A stretch of 64,000 bases of DNA from Actinomycetota bacterium (GTDB lineage Bacteria; Actinomycetota; UBA4738; HRBIN12), in contig DASXTX010000052.1 in the NCBI GenBank assembly GCA_036505195.1, forward strand, positions 1,272-65,271, read 5' to 3'. The position numbers and the translations under genes were made by a program. Every line of letters begins with the position of its first letter. Positions within the stretch are counted from its first letter, which is position 1. This document shows, piece after piece, positions 36,853 to 46,526 of the stretch. Under the pieces are notes generated by a model, which was not told the origin of the DNA, did no database searches, and worked only from the letters and a program-made list of their open reading frames with translations.

Positions 36853-37500
36853 TCAATTGCCCACCGACCGACGGGGAATGAACATCGCTCGCACAGTGGA
36901 CGGGTACCAACGTCGTCCGCCCTGAGCGGTTGGGACGCCATCCCCGTTCAAGGCCTGGGCGATGGCCGTCCACCCTAGCCCGTTCGCTCTCATACTCTCC
37001 ATTCGCTTCCAGACGTCCTCCGGCGTTGTGACTGGGCGGCCGAGCCTCACTCCCTGAGCCTTCTTGATGGCCAGCGCGACCTTCGTCCGTTCCACGATGA
37101 GGTCGCGCTCGAGCTCGGCGAACACCCCGGCTATGCGAGCCATGGCCTTGCCATGCGGCGTTGTTGTGTCCACACGTAGGTCCAGTGTCACGATTGCCCA
37201 CCCCTCGCGGACGCTACGGTCCATCAGTTCGACTAAGTCGCGGAGGGAACGCGACAAGCGGTCAATCCTCACCGCAACGAGCGCATCGGCCTGGCCCAGC
37301 TCAACGGCTTTGAGAGCTGCCACCAAACCGGGTCGGTCTTTTCGCGACCTCCCTGACGCGACATCCTCACAGATGGCAATCAGGGACCAACCACGCCGCT
37401 TTGCGTCTTCACGAAGGGCCATGCGTTGCGCCTCTAGCCCAATGCCCGAGTTGCTTTGGTCTTCCGTAGAGACGCGCGCATACCCAACTGTCGTAGTCAA
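36853..37500 (-). CDS. serine recombinase (resolvase/invertase family)
   Basis: Start set at TTG 37500 (AAGAGG 6 nt upstream), giving LTTTVGYARVSTEDQ.. The ORF is open to 37632. Motifs ..LVAVRIDRLSRS.. and a C-terminal HTH (..GLGWTAIAQALN). Confidence 0.8.
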   Translation of the reverse strand: MTTTVGYARVSTEDQSNSGIGLEAQRMALREDAKRRGWSLIAICEDVASGRSRKDRPGLVAALKAVELGQADALVAVRIDRLSRSLRDLVELMDRSVREGWAIVTLDLRVDTTTPHGKAMARIAGVFAELERDLIVERTKVALAIKKAQGVRLGRPVTTPEDVWKRMESMRANGLGWTAIAQALNGDGVPTAQGGRRWYPSTVRAMFIPRRSVGN

Positions 37501-37549
37501 GACAGACCTCTTTCGGCGTGCTCCGAAGCACAGACAGGTTGTTCGGCGC

Positions 37550-37594
37550 ATTCCGCAATAGCCAGACAGGGCGTATTCCGCAATAGCCAGACAG
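37550..37594 (+). repeat. two direct copies of ATTCCGCAATAGCCAGACAG (25-bp register) upstream of the serine recombinase gene
   Basis: Copies at 37550-37569 and 37575-37594, read directly. Located in the divergent intergenic region. Confidence 0.8.
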
Positions 37595-37609
37595 AAGGAA
37601 GGAGAAACG

Positions 37610-37831
37610 ATGTCATCTAACGGTCGTCGCATTGGTACACCGACGCATTTGGAGTTGTCCCCCGAAGCTCGCGCAACATACGCCAGGAGTCGAGACGAAG
37701 AAGAGGCCAGATGGCGACGCCAATCCGGCGCCGCTCGAACGCGGCGTGCGTCCGGCGAGGAACTTAGGCGAATTCGAGGCGGCCACTGGCGCCCCGACTC
37801 TGGAAAGAACTCTGCATCAGCGAGAGTGTAA
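37610..37831 (+). CDS. small hypothetical protein, divergent from the serine recombinase
   Basis: 73-aa ORF preceded by a strong AAGGAGA RBS. Confidence 0.35.
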   Translation: MSSNGRRIGTPTHLELSPEARATYARSRDEEEARWRRQSGAARTRRASGEELRRIRGGHWRPDSGKNSASARV

Positions 37832-38440
37832 AGGCCCGAAACGAGGCGATGGTTGGACGGCTATTGGCTGAGTAACCCGTCAAGTCCCCGCGTCGGCCAG
37901 GTGTTCGCGCGAGCCTCTCAATCGAGCCCAGCATCATGGACGGAGACGCTCTAGCCTCTCGGCGCGGCCCGCAGGTTCCCCTCTTTTTTCGTGGAGACGC
38001 GAACGTGGCCAATGAGCGAACCCACGTCAGTGGGAGTTGCCGTCAGTCTGTCTGTGGCCCCCAACCTCGTTTCGTGTCGTCCTTATCGTGGCTTACGAAG
38101 AGAAGGTAGAGCGGGGTGTTCAATGATTGCCCCTTTGTGGCTGAGGCACATACAACATGGGTCCGTTTGCTGTATGGCCGTGCCCGGCGAGCGTGGCTTG
38201 GACTCGCGCACGCCGTCACTTTCGGGACGCGTCCACCACCGCCAACGCCCCCTGCCGAGGAACCTGAGCCCACAAGCCCCCCAAGGACTGCCGTCCGGCG
38301 CTCCCAGAACTGACGGATGACGTCAGCTCGCACGTTGTCCGGTGACATGAGCACTCGCAGAAGGTCGGCGCGGACACCAGGTGCAAGGCGACGCAGACGC
38401 CTTTCGGCTCTTCGGCTCAATCGTCTCCCCCGCCTCGTAC

Positions 38441-40975
38441 TCACGCGATTGGTGGCTGAACGAAGACCATCTCAAGTTCGCTGAGGTCGGACGCATGGAG
38501 CTTCTCGAATTCCTTCTGGGGAACCTTCATGTACGTCCAGGGTTGCCCCGTCAAAAGGGTCGCATTCTCGCACCATATGCTCGCGGCCCTATCCTTGTGC
38601 GCAACTTCGATGTCTTCACGGCCCTTGGTCTCGACGAGGAAGTGTTGGTCAACAGACTTCTTCACGACGAAGTCCGGCTCGTAATACCGGAGGCTTCCCA
38701 CGGAGTCGGTGTACTCGATAGCGAAGCCGAACTGTCTGGGGAGCTTCGCAAAGGACATGACGTCTTTGGCGTTTTCCAAGAAGTTCGCGAAGTCCCGCTC
38801 GAATTGGTTATCGCAGGGGACGAGGTTGTATACGCACTTCTTAGCATCGAAGGTCGGACGCGAATAGGGGAAGGGTGGTGTCTCAGACAGCTTCCGCCCC
38901 TCGCTCAACAGCGTCGGAGACAGTTCCTCGATGACCAACCCACGGAGTGCCTGGGAGAACGCCTTGACGGTTACGTATTGGGCGACGCTTGTTGAGATTG
39001 CACGAATCATCGCCGGCGAGTCGAGCCTCACTGTCTTGCCAAATGCCTTCGTCTCCAGGAACTCGCGCACCTTGGGGGCCAACGCCGAGAACTGCGACGG
39101 CAATTTCACATCGTTCGCCACCCGCCTGGCGTAGTAGCTGATGACTTCCTCAGCCGTCTGCGGCTCGGGAATCGTGTAGTCCCGCTCCACGAGCTTCTGG
39201 AGGCTGATGATGTCGTAGCCCTCGTACTTGAACTTCTGAGCAGCCGCATCTCCTTCACTCTGTGGAAACACGGGGCTCTGGAACCTGGAGACATCGAGAC
39301 CCGCAATCTCCTCAGCCAGCGTCTTCTTGCGAGAGAGGATTGGACTCAGGACGGGAATTGCGATGTCATGTTCCATCTTCTCTTCATCGGGGAAGATGGT
39401 CAGGATGACGAGCTTGTCCCTCTTAAGGTCGAACTCTTGGACCGCGATGTCTTCGTCCTTCTCAAGCTGGTCGATGAACTTGAGGAACGGGCTATTGCCG
39501 ATGACATCGACCCGCTCGACGTAGGCGGACGAGAGACCCCTGAACATCAGCCGCAACCCACGACCAATGGCTTGCTCTGGAAGGATGTTGGCCGAAGCCG
39601 TGAAAGGCCTCAGCCCAACAACCACCGTCACGCTCTGCACATCCCATCCCTCACGAAGCATCAAGACGGAGACGATGGCATTGACCGGGCTCTCGCCTTC
39701 ATCAACCTCCCGAGCAACAGCCCTGGCTTTGTCGAGGTCTTTCCTCGAGACCTCACCCTGATTGTTTGTGTGAATGATGAGTAGCTTGTCGCCGCCGAAC
39801 TCCTGTGGGTACTTCGTCTGCAGGTACCCGCCCACATCTTCGGCGTCAACCGTCGTGTTCATCATCACGAACATGATTGGCTTCTTCTTGACTGGCTTGA
39901 GTTGGTCGCGGTATTCGCGCCACCGCTCGACACCAGCAGTCAAGTAGGCCCTGTACCTCACGCTGGCAACATCTGATGGCTGGTCCTTCATGCCAGCCGC
40001 CACGCCCTTCATGGGGCGCTTGACGACGCTGTCAAGGATGGCTTGTTTCAACGGGTAGTCAAAAACTGTCCAGGTGAACAGGCCACCCTTCGAGTACCTC
40101 GGCGTCGCCGAGAAGTCGAGTTGCGAGGAGATGCCGGGGACAAGTTCGGCACTGAGGGTCCGAATCACCTTGTTCCACTCGTTCTCTTCATCGTGAGTGT
40201 GATGTGCCTCATCGTTCACAACCAAGCATGGCTCGCCACGGGCGAGGATGCGCTCACGGAAGTCCTCGCCCTCTATGAGCTGTGCCGGCGGCTTTGGACC
40301 GAGTACGGCTGTGAGAGCATCAGGCTCGCTCCCATCGCCGTTAGCATCCTTCCTGGCGTACAACTGTTGGATGTTGGTCAGGTACAACGCGCCCTGCGAT
40401 GAAGGCCCCTCGGCGTCGCCACGCATGAAGAAACTCATGTCCCAGAACACCGAGAGCGCAGGAGGGACCAGAGGGTCTGTTCGGAACACACGCCCGCCTT
40501 CGAAATCCAGCCTGAGCCGCTCGAATACGATGACGTTAGGTGCCATCACGAGGAACGTCTTAGCAAAGTCGTCTCGTCCCTCCGCCACCGCGTTGAAGTA
40601 GTGCCAGGCGACGGCGAGTGCCATCACCTTCGTCTTGCCGCTCCCCGTCGCCATCTTGATGCAGTACCTGGCGAAGTTGTCACGTTGAAGAAGTGCGATG
40701 TCAGCTTGGCCAGTGGCGAACGTTTCGAGCAGGGTCCTGTGGCGACGCACGGCGACAACTTCGTAGAGATAGATGAGCGTCTCGATGGCCTCGCGCTGGA
40801 AATGGTGGTACCGGAACGTTGAGCCAGATGGGAGGCGATGTTCGGTTCCGAACCAGTGCTTGAGGAGCGTTCGCGTCGTGTCTGTTACGCCCCTATAACC
40901 GTTCGCCCGCCACTCTTCCACCGCTAGCCTGATGGCTGGTACGCAGGGCGCTGTCGTGACCTTTGCTTCGAGCAA
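38441..40975 (-). CDS. res: Type III restriction enzyme, Res subunit (SF2 helicase + C-terminal PD-(D/E)xK nuclease)
   Basis: 844-aa ORF with Walker A MATGSGKTKV, DEAH box VVNDEAHHT, and a C-terminal YEPDFVV...FLVETKG nuclease motif. Directly downstream of mod. Confidence 0.85.
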   Translation of the reverse strand: MLEAKVTTAPCVPAIRLAVEEWRANGYRGVTDTTRTLLKHWFGTEHRLPSGSTFRYHHFQREAIETLIYLYEVVAVRRHRTLLETFATGQADIALLQRDNFARYCIKMATGSGKTKVMALAVAWHYFNAVAEGRDDFAKTFLVMAPNVIVFERLRLDFEGGRVFRTDPLVPPALSVFWDMSFFMRGDAEGPSSQGALYLTNIQQLYARKDANGDGSEPDALTAVLGPKPPAQLIEGEDFRERILARGEPCLVVNDEAHHTHDEENEWNKVIRTLSAELVPGISSQLDFSATPRYSKGGLFTWTVFDYPLKQAILDSVVKRPMKGVAAGMKDQPSDVASVRYRAYLTAGVERWREYRDQLKPVKKKPIMFVMMNTTVDAEDVGGYLQTKYPQEFGGDKLLIIHTNNQGEVSRKDLDKARAVAREVDEGESPVNAIVSVLMLREGWDVQSVTVVVGLRPFTASANILPEQAIGRGLRLMFRGLSSAYVERVDVIGNSPFLKFIDQLEKDEDIAVQEFDLKRDKLVILTIFPDEEKMEHDIAIPVLSPILSRKKTLAEEIAGLDVSRFQSPVFPQSEGDAAAQKFKYEGYDIISLQKLVERDYTIPEPQTAEEVISYYARRVANDVKLPSQFSALAPKVREFLETKAFGKTVRLDSPAMIRAISTSVAQYVTVKAFSQALRGLVIEELSPTLLSEGRKLSETPPFPYSRPTFDAKKCVYNLVPCDNQFERDFANFLENAKDVMSFAKLPRQFGFAIEYTDSVGSLRYYEPDFVVKKSVDQHFLVETKGREDIEVAHKDRAASIWCENATLLTGQPWTYMKVPQKEFEKLHASDLSELEMVFVQPPIA

Positions 40976-41015
40976 GCTCTCTTGACCTTGCGACTTCCTC
41001 TTAGCGGGAGACAGG

Positions 41016-42971
41016 TCACATCACCTCGATATCGAGGGACTTCGTCGTGTCGTTCCCGAGGATGTCGATGACCTTCACGACGACCCGGTACGTACCGGGA
41101 GCCGGATACTCGTTGCTTGTCTGGACCTCCAGCTTCTCCCTATTGCGGGAGCGGAAGGCCTGCCACTCGTTGTGAAACGCATCGCCTTTGTTGTCCCAAT
41201 CCACGGCCCAGTAGTCAATCCACTCCGACCACTTCTTGATTGTCCTCTGAACGTCATCGGGTACATCGTCCACAGGAATGACGAAGTCGGTCAGCATGAG
41301 TGACACGATGCGCCTCTTGACCTTGACATCGACGGCGAGAGCAGCGAGTTCGAAAAACGCCACATCACCCTGCTCGACCGCGCGCTTGTCGAGAACTTCT
41401 CTCGGAATTCTGACGAATCGAAGGGCGATGTTGGCCTCAGCAGCCTTCTGCGAGGCGACCTCATGGACCTCGAAGGCGAAGTCCCAGCCCAGAACGTCGA
41501 TGGCAGGAGTCTTGGTGGTTTTGATAGATGAACCGGCTACCTTCCTCGTCTCGGCAATGACGTTCGTCACGTCACTCATGGTGACCGGTGCATCAACCGA
41601 GCCTACATGGACCATCGCGCCTGCCTTTACTCCTTGAAGCCATACGTAGCCCTCGACGGGAGTTGCGTGATAGAGGTCTAGGATGAGCTTCCGGTACGCT
41701 GCCGTCCGCGGCCCAGCGTCCTTGCCGAACTCGGCCTCCTGCCAAAGTTGTCGTTCGTACTTGCCGAGGTTCTGGACCTCGAAGGGCGTGACATTTTCGA
41801 TTCGCAATAGACGCTTGCGAGTCGTGTGAATTGCGAAGCGCCCAAGGTCCGACGCTATCCAACGACGGCCCAGTTTCTCTGCAACCACTGCCGTTGTGCC
41901 CGACCCGCAAACACAATCCAGGACGAGGTCTCCTGGGTCCGTTGAAGACTCGATGATTCGTTGCAGAAGCGACTCAGGTTTCTGCGTTGGGTAACCCACC
42001 CGCTCGACTGCTTGCGAGTTGATGGGTGGAATGTCATCCCAGAGGCTGTCAACCGTTTCCCCTTCAAGTTCATCGAGGTATCTCTTGCGCTGAATTCGCC
42101 TGTTGGGGTCGTCAGGAATGAATAGCCGACCCTCCGCATCCATTGCCTCCATCCGTTCCCGCGACACAGCCCAGCCCTTGGGAGGTGGGAGGTGGCCCTT
42201 GTACTCATAGACGAGATTCTGGCGAAAGGAAGGGCTTGTGATGTTGTCCAGCCGATACCTTCTCCCATCGGGGCCCTGATGCACGAACTTCGACGCGATG
42301 TAGTCAACGTTGCTCTCTCGATATTGGCGCCGCAGTCGGGTCGAACTGCCCTTTGCATAGAACAGAATCACGTCCGCCGTGACGCCAAAGCGAATTGCCG
42401 GAGCGTTGGTTTCTCCCCGCCCCGCCTTACGCTTCCAGACAATCTCATTGCGGAAGTTCTCCATCCCGAAGATGCTGTCAAGCACCGTCTTCACGTAGTG
42501 CGAGACCCCTGGGTCTAGATGAACAAACAGACTCCCGGTCTCAGCCAGCAATTCCCGAAAGTACGTGGCCATGTCGTGGAACCACGCTAGGTAAGAATCG
42601 AGTCCCTTCGCCCACGTGTCCCGGTACGCCTTCACCTCGATGACCGACGGCGGCTTGACGAACTCATCGTCGATGATTCGAACGGGCAAAGAGAAGTCTT
42701 GGCCCGTGGCGAATGGTGGGTCAATGTAGATGAGGTTGATACGTCCGGCGAACTCGTTCAGCAGCGCTGGAAGAACGTACTTCTTGTCACCCCAGATGAG
42801 ACGGTTTCGCCACTCCGAGTCTCGGCTTGCAGCGAAGAGGTCGAGAGCATGCTGGCGCTGCTGGGCGGACTCGTTGACCGTCTCCACGGTCTGGAAGGGT
42901 AAGGCCACCTTGAGTGGTGCCTTACGGTGCCCCCCGGAGTCGTACTTTCCCTCCCATAACAGTTCAACCAA
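41016..42971 (-). CDS. mod: Type III R-M Mod subunit (beta-class N6-A/N4-C DNA methyltransferase)
   Basis: 651-aa ORF. Motif IV LIYIDPPFATG lies N-terminal to motif I LVLDCVCGSGTTAVVAEKLGRRWIASDL (beta-class order). Confidence 0.85.
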   Translation of the reverse strand: MVELLWEGKYDSGGHRKAPLKVALPFQTVETVNESAQQRQHALDLFAASRDSEWRNRLIWGDKKYVLPALLNEFAGRINLIYIDPPFATGQDFSLPVRIIDDEFVKPPSVIEVKAYRDTWAKGLDSYLAWFHDMATYFRELLAETGSLFVHLDPGVSHYVKTVLDSIFGMENFRNEIVWKRKAGRGETNAPAIRFGVTADVILFYAKGSSTRLRRQYRESNVDYIASKFVHQGPDGRRYRLDNITSPSFRQNLVYEYKGHLPPPKGWAVSRERMEAMDAEGRLFIPDDPNRRIQRKRYLDELEGETVDSLWDDIPPINSQAVERVGYPTQKPESLLQRIIESSTDPGDLVLDCVCGSGTTAVVAEKLGRRWIASDLGRFAIHTTRKRLLRIENVTPFEVQNLGKYERQLWQEAEFGKDAGPRTAAYRKLILDLYHATPVEGYVWLQGVKAGAMVHVGSVDAPVTMSDVTNVIAETRKVAGSSIKTTKTPAIDVLGWDFAFEVHEVASQKAAEANIALRFVRIPREVLDKRAVEQGDVAFFELAALAVDVKVKRRIVSLMLTDFVIPVDDVPDDVQRTIKKWSEWIDYWAVDWDNKGDAFHNEWQAFRSRNREKLEVQTSNEYPAPGTYRVVVKVIDILGNDTTKSLDIEVM

Positions 42972-43088
42972 CCTGGCTGCCTCCCTCTGAAAGCGCCGAG
43001 GGGGATGTTATCGGGCACTGCTCATGAAGCGCCGCAGCATCGAGCGTTGCAAAGAGCCGTGCTCCCGCACTACACGCCCCTCCGGGGC

Positions 43089-44129
43089 TCAAGCGGGTCT
43101 CAGCTCATCTGGCACCTTCTCAAGCGTCCACACGCGTCCCCTGTAGTAGTCGAAGAGCCACAGAAAGCCGCGCACGAGCCGAAGGACATCCTCTAACTCG
43201 TGGAGGTCGATGCGCGCTCGACCGGAATGGGAGACCACGTTTCGCACCCCGGTCCAGTCGCGCACGGTGTTGAGGAAGCTCTTCGGAGGAGCACCTGCAT
43301 GTCCATTCACCGGGAGCCGGGCGGGGAGGAGAGGCAGGTACTCACCTAGCAGGCGATGGAGCGGCGGCGTCTGGATATTTTCAACGAGCCATCGAGCATT
43401 TGGAACCAGGTCAGCAACCAGCTCCTTGAACCCAACCTCAAGAGCGGCCATGCCCACCACGACAGCACTCCTAGGGTTCGTGAGCCGCTGCTCCCACGCT
43501 TCTCGATAGAGCGTATGACCAAGCGGTTCCGAGCCTCCATCGGCCACGATGTTTCTCACGTCATCTTCCACTTCTGGCCCGACGCTCAGATTCCCTCGGC
43601 TCAAAACAAAGACATCTCCCGCTACTGAGAGCGGATGGAAGTCTTCGCCGTCGAACGACCACTCCACGCCCTTCGATGAGAATGGAGAATGGACTCCCTC
43701 AGTTCCGGTCCGCCACCTTAGAACGAGCACCGTTCGGCGGAGGACGTCGACAAGCTCCAGCCAGGACTGCCTTGTGAAGTCCTGCCACGGTTGCGGCATG
43801 AAACGCGGCGGAACGAGGAACCCCGGTGTGATGTTGCCTTCCGGGTCAATGTCCTCAGACCAGGGCCACTCCAGCGGCTCCGGTGGCGCTTCCGGAAGTC
43901 GGTTGTTCAGCAGCGATTTGAACATCTCCATGATTCGCTGACTGGCTTCCAAGACAGACGTCGCAACGACGAAAGCGTCTTCGCGCCTGTGACCGACCCC
44001 TAACTCGTCGTCAGTCGGCAGACGGATTTCGACCCGAACGTGATGAGGCCCCCCGAGGTCGAACACTAGGGGTTCCTGCTCGTCTCGAAGCCACAGCTCC
44101 GAGGCGATGTACGTGGCGCGAAAGTGCAT
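43089..44129 (-). CDS. hypothetical protein with C-terminal HEPN-type RNxxxH motif
   Basis: 346-aa ORF. ..TVRDWTGVRNVVSHSGRARIDLHELEDVLRLVRGFLWLF.. carries the canonical R-N-x3-H in a helical C-terminal region. The N-terminal 250 aa are unassigned. Confidence 0.55.
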   Translation of the reverse strand: MHFRATYIASELWLRDEQEPLVFDLGGPHHVRVEIRLPTDDELGVGHRREDAFVVATSVLEASQRIMEMFKSLLNNRLPEAPPEPLEWPWSEDIDPEGNITPGFLVPPRFMPQPWQDFTRQSWLELVDVLRRTVLVLRWRTGTEGVHSPFSSKGVEWSFDGEDFHPLSVAGDVFVLSRGNLSVGPEVEDDVRNIVADGGSEPLGHTLYREAWEQRLTNPRSAVVVGMAALEVGFKELVADLVPNARWLVENIQTPPLHRLLGEYLPLLPARLPVNGHAGAPPKSFLNTVRDWTGVRNVVSHSGRARIDLHELEDVLRLVRGFLWLFDYYRGRVWTLEKVPDELRPA

Positions 44130-44383
44130 GTCCGCTCCTAAGGTTCGGGCCTTCGGCTCTCAGCCTAGTGCGGCGTCGAACTGCCGACGCACCAGCTCGC
44201 CGCTCAATGATGTCGCAAAGACAGGGGGCAGCGGCGTCACGCGGCATCGTACGGCCCTGCGAGACTGACCGGCCGACCAGGGAAGGAGGCCTCCGATGAA
44301 CCCGGCACGGTTCAGTCACCCGAGCAGAGCGACCGCTGCAACAAACCGCTCGTGAGGGTCGCGTGCGCGACGCGATGCTGCCA

Positions 44384-45448
44384 TCACCACCCTCCTACCG
44401 GGGGCCATGTCATGACGGCATGCACATCTGACCGGAAGGCCTTGAACGTCGCGCTCCTCGCTGCGCCTTCCAAAGCGCCATCAGCCAGAGCCTGGTAGCG
44501 GAGGATGACCGGCGCGGTGTCCTTGAGTCGACTGACTTGCCGACGGTACCAAGGTACATCCTCCTCAGGCGGGCTCAGCGGGGGCGTCCGCCGGAGTGTT
44601 CGCGTCAGGAAGGTGGTCACAGCCTCGTGGGGTCCTTCGTGCTGGATGATGGCCAGTCCGAATTCGTCAATCATTGCCTGGAACTCCCCACCGTCGATGT
44701 CGGGGTTAAAGACTTGGCTTCCCAGGTAACAGCAAAAGAAGCCGATGTCCTTCGCAAGCTGGTTCGTCTGATAGGCGGCTCTGACGCACACGAGGAGCGG
44801 GAGCACGTCCGTCTGCTCGGCGAACTCGGCAGCTTTAACAAGGAGCTCCCAGAGCTCCGATGTCCAGGGGTAGACCCAGGAGTGGATGTTCTTAACCTCT
44901 ATGACCAGCGTGGCGTCCGCTCGAGGCTCGGGAATGGCGAGGACGTGGGCAAGCACATCAAGCGGGCCCCGGGACAGGGCGATGCCGTTGACCTCATTTA
45001 GTTGTCCAACTCTTTGTGGTGGGACCCAAAGCCCGGCCTCGGACGCAACAGCCGACGCAGACTCAAGTACGACACGTTCTGCATGCTTTCCGCATAGATT
45101 GCCGTCCTGCGCCCACGCAATGTATCGCCTGTAGTCTTTTCGGCGCTTGCCGCGCAGCCGCTCCAGTTCTCGTTTCCGGCCAGCCTCGAACGGCAGTCGG
45201 ACTGTCGTTACGGGCAGTTCGTGCTCGGTCGTCTCTTCGACGATGAGCCCCTCGTCAACCAGCGCGCGCCTCGCGCCGTTGAGCTGCAGCGGCTGCACCG
45301 GTTCGTACTCTTTCCATCCGCGAAATGAGATGCGAGCTTCCGCCTCGGGCCAAGGCACTACATGACGGTCGCTGAGGAGGTCGAGCAGGGCTGCCCGGCC
45401 GATTTCGCGCCATTCGTCAGGGCTGTGCTTCCTCTGCGCTCGCGCCAT
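44384..45448 (-). CDS. hypothetical protein with PD-(D/E)xK nuclease-like core
   Basis: 354-aa ORF. ..GKHAERVVLES..GPLDVLAHV...ATLVIEVKNIHSWVYP.. gives an E...D...E-V-K arrangement. Confidence 0.5.
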   Translation of the reverse strand: MARAQRKHSPDEWREIGRAALLDLLSDRHVVPWPEAEARISFRGWKEYEPVQPLQLNGARRALVDEGLIVEETTEHELPVTTVRLPFEAGRKRELERLRGKRRKDYRRYIAWAQDGNLCGKHAERVVLESASAVASEAGLWVPPQRVGQLNEVNGIALSRGPLDVLAHVLAIPEPRADATLVIEVKNIHSWVYPWTSELWELLVKAAEFAEQTDVLPLLVCVRAAYQTNQLAKDIGFFCCYLGSQVFNPDIDGGEFQAMIDEFGLAIIQHEGPHEAVTTFLTRTLRRTPPLSPPEEDVPWYRRQVSRLKDTAPVILRYQALADGALEGAARSATFKAFRSDVHAVMTWPPVGGW

Positions 45449-45630
45449 ATGGAGCCACTCGCGACGTTAAATAGGAGTTTGTCCCGGCAGTCGCGCCCTC
45501 AGCTCCTACAGGGCCGTGTGGCGCTGGTCAAGTTGACACGGGGGTGGGCACGGAGGTGGGCAGACAGACAAGCATCCCACCCGGAGTGAATAGTAGGGTT
45601 AGTGTGAAAGCGCAGGTCAGCGACATCGCG

Positions 45631-45688
45631 TGCACCCGCGAGCCGTCCGGAAGTCGCGCGTCCACCCAAGGTGACGATTCATCGACCC
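45631..45688 (+). repeat. 58-bp repeat, copy A (just 3' of the integrase stop)
   Basis: TGCACCCGCGAGCCGTCCGGAAGTCGCGCGTCCACCCAAGGTGACG.. matches 57121-57178 with a few mismatches. Confidence 0.8.
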
Positions 45689-45695
45689 TACGCCT

Positions 45696-46460
45696 TCATC
45701 CGAGCAAGGCCACCGCTGCCACCAGGCGCTCGTCGCTGACGGCTAGATACCGCATCGTCGTCTGGATGTTCGTGTGCCCCATCAGCTCCTGAACGGTGCG
45801 GATGTCCACGCCCCGCTGGAGCATGTGGGTTGCGAAGGTCGCTCGGAACTTGTGGGCGTGGGTCCGGATGCCCGTACGCCGTTGTAGCTCCCGCATCCAG
45901 TCCTGAACCCGGTGCTGACACGCCACGATGAGTGTGTTCCGCTTGCCCGGAGGCAGCTGGCTCAGCTCGATGACGGCGGCTCGGCTGACCGGTCCAAGCG
46001 GAACCGCTCGGTGGACCTGGAGGCCGCCTGGGCGCCGCTTCGTGTCTCTCAGGATGATGTGGGTGTCCTTGACGTCCTCGAGAGAGATGCCACAAACCTC
46101 CTGGAGACGAGCGCCCGTCGAGTAGAGAAGGTCGATGACTGGGCGGCATCGACGATGCACGTCGAGCGCCTCCTCACGGATGGTCGCCAACTCCTCGACC
46201 GAGAACGCGCTCGGGACGGGTTGATGCATCGGGCGGACCCAGGGGATGTCCAGCGTCCTCCCCAGGTTCACCCTGAAGTGCCACACGAGCCCAGCACGAG
46301 CGTTCCGTCTGGTCGCCTCGGACGAGCGCTCGCTGACCCATGTAACTGGGTCTGGCTGCCCGTCTCGCATCCATCGCTCGACCACCTGACGGTAGTCCCT
46401 CTCGGTCCTGGGTGAGAGCACCCCGACCACCTCCTCGTTGGTCCGGTGCGCCTCACGCAC
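45696..46460 (-). CDS. short tyrosine recombinase/integrase (Xer-like, no obvious arm-binding domain)
   Basis: 254-aa ORF (GTG start). ..[11 protein letters not shown].., ..[14 protein letters not shown].., ..[14 protein letters not shown].. supply the catalytic R, H-x-x-R and H...Y. Confidence 0.85.
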   Translation of the reverse strand: MREAHRTNEEVVGVLSPRTERDYRQVVERWMRDGQPDPVTWVSERSSEATRRNARAGLVWHFRVNLGRTLDIPWVRPMHQPVPSAFSVEELATIREEALDVHRRCRPVIDLLYSTGARLQEVCGISLEDVKDTHIILRDTKRRPGGLQVHRAVPLGPVSRAAVIELSQLPPGKRNTLIVACQHRVQDWMRELQRRTGIRTHAHKFRATFATHMLQRGVDIRTVQELMGHTNIQTTMRYLAVSDERLVAAVALLG

Positions 46461-46526
46461 GTCCGGTGCGTCACTTGTTTCCAGGCCCCTCCCTCAGCCT
46501 TTACGCTGGTCAGCGCTTCGACCATC

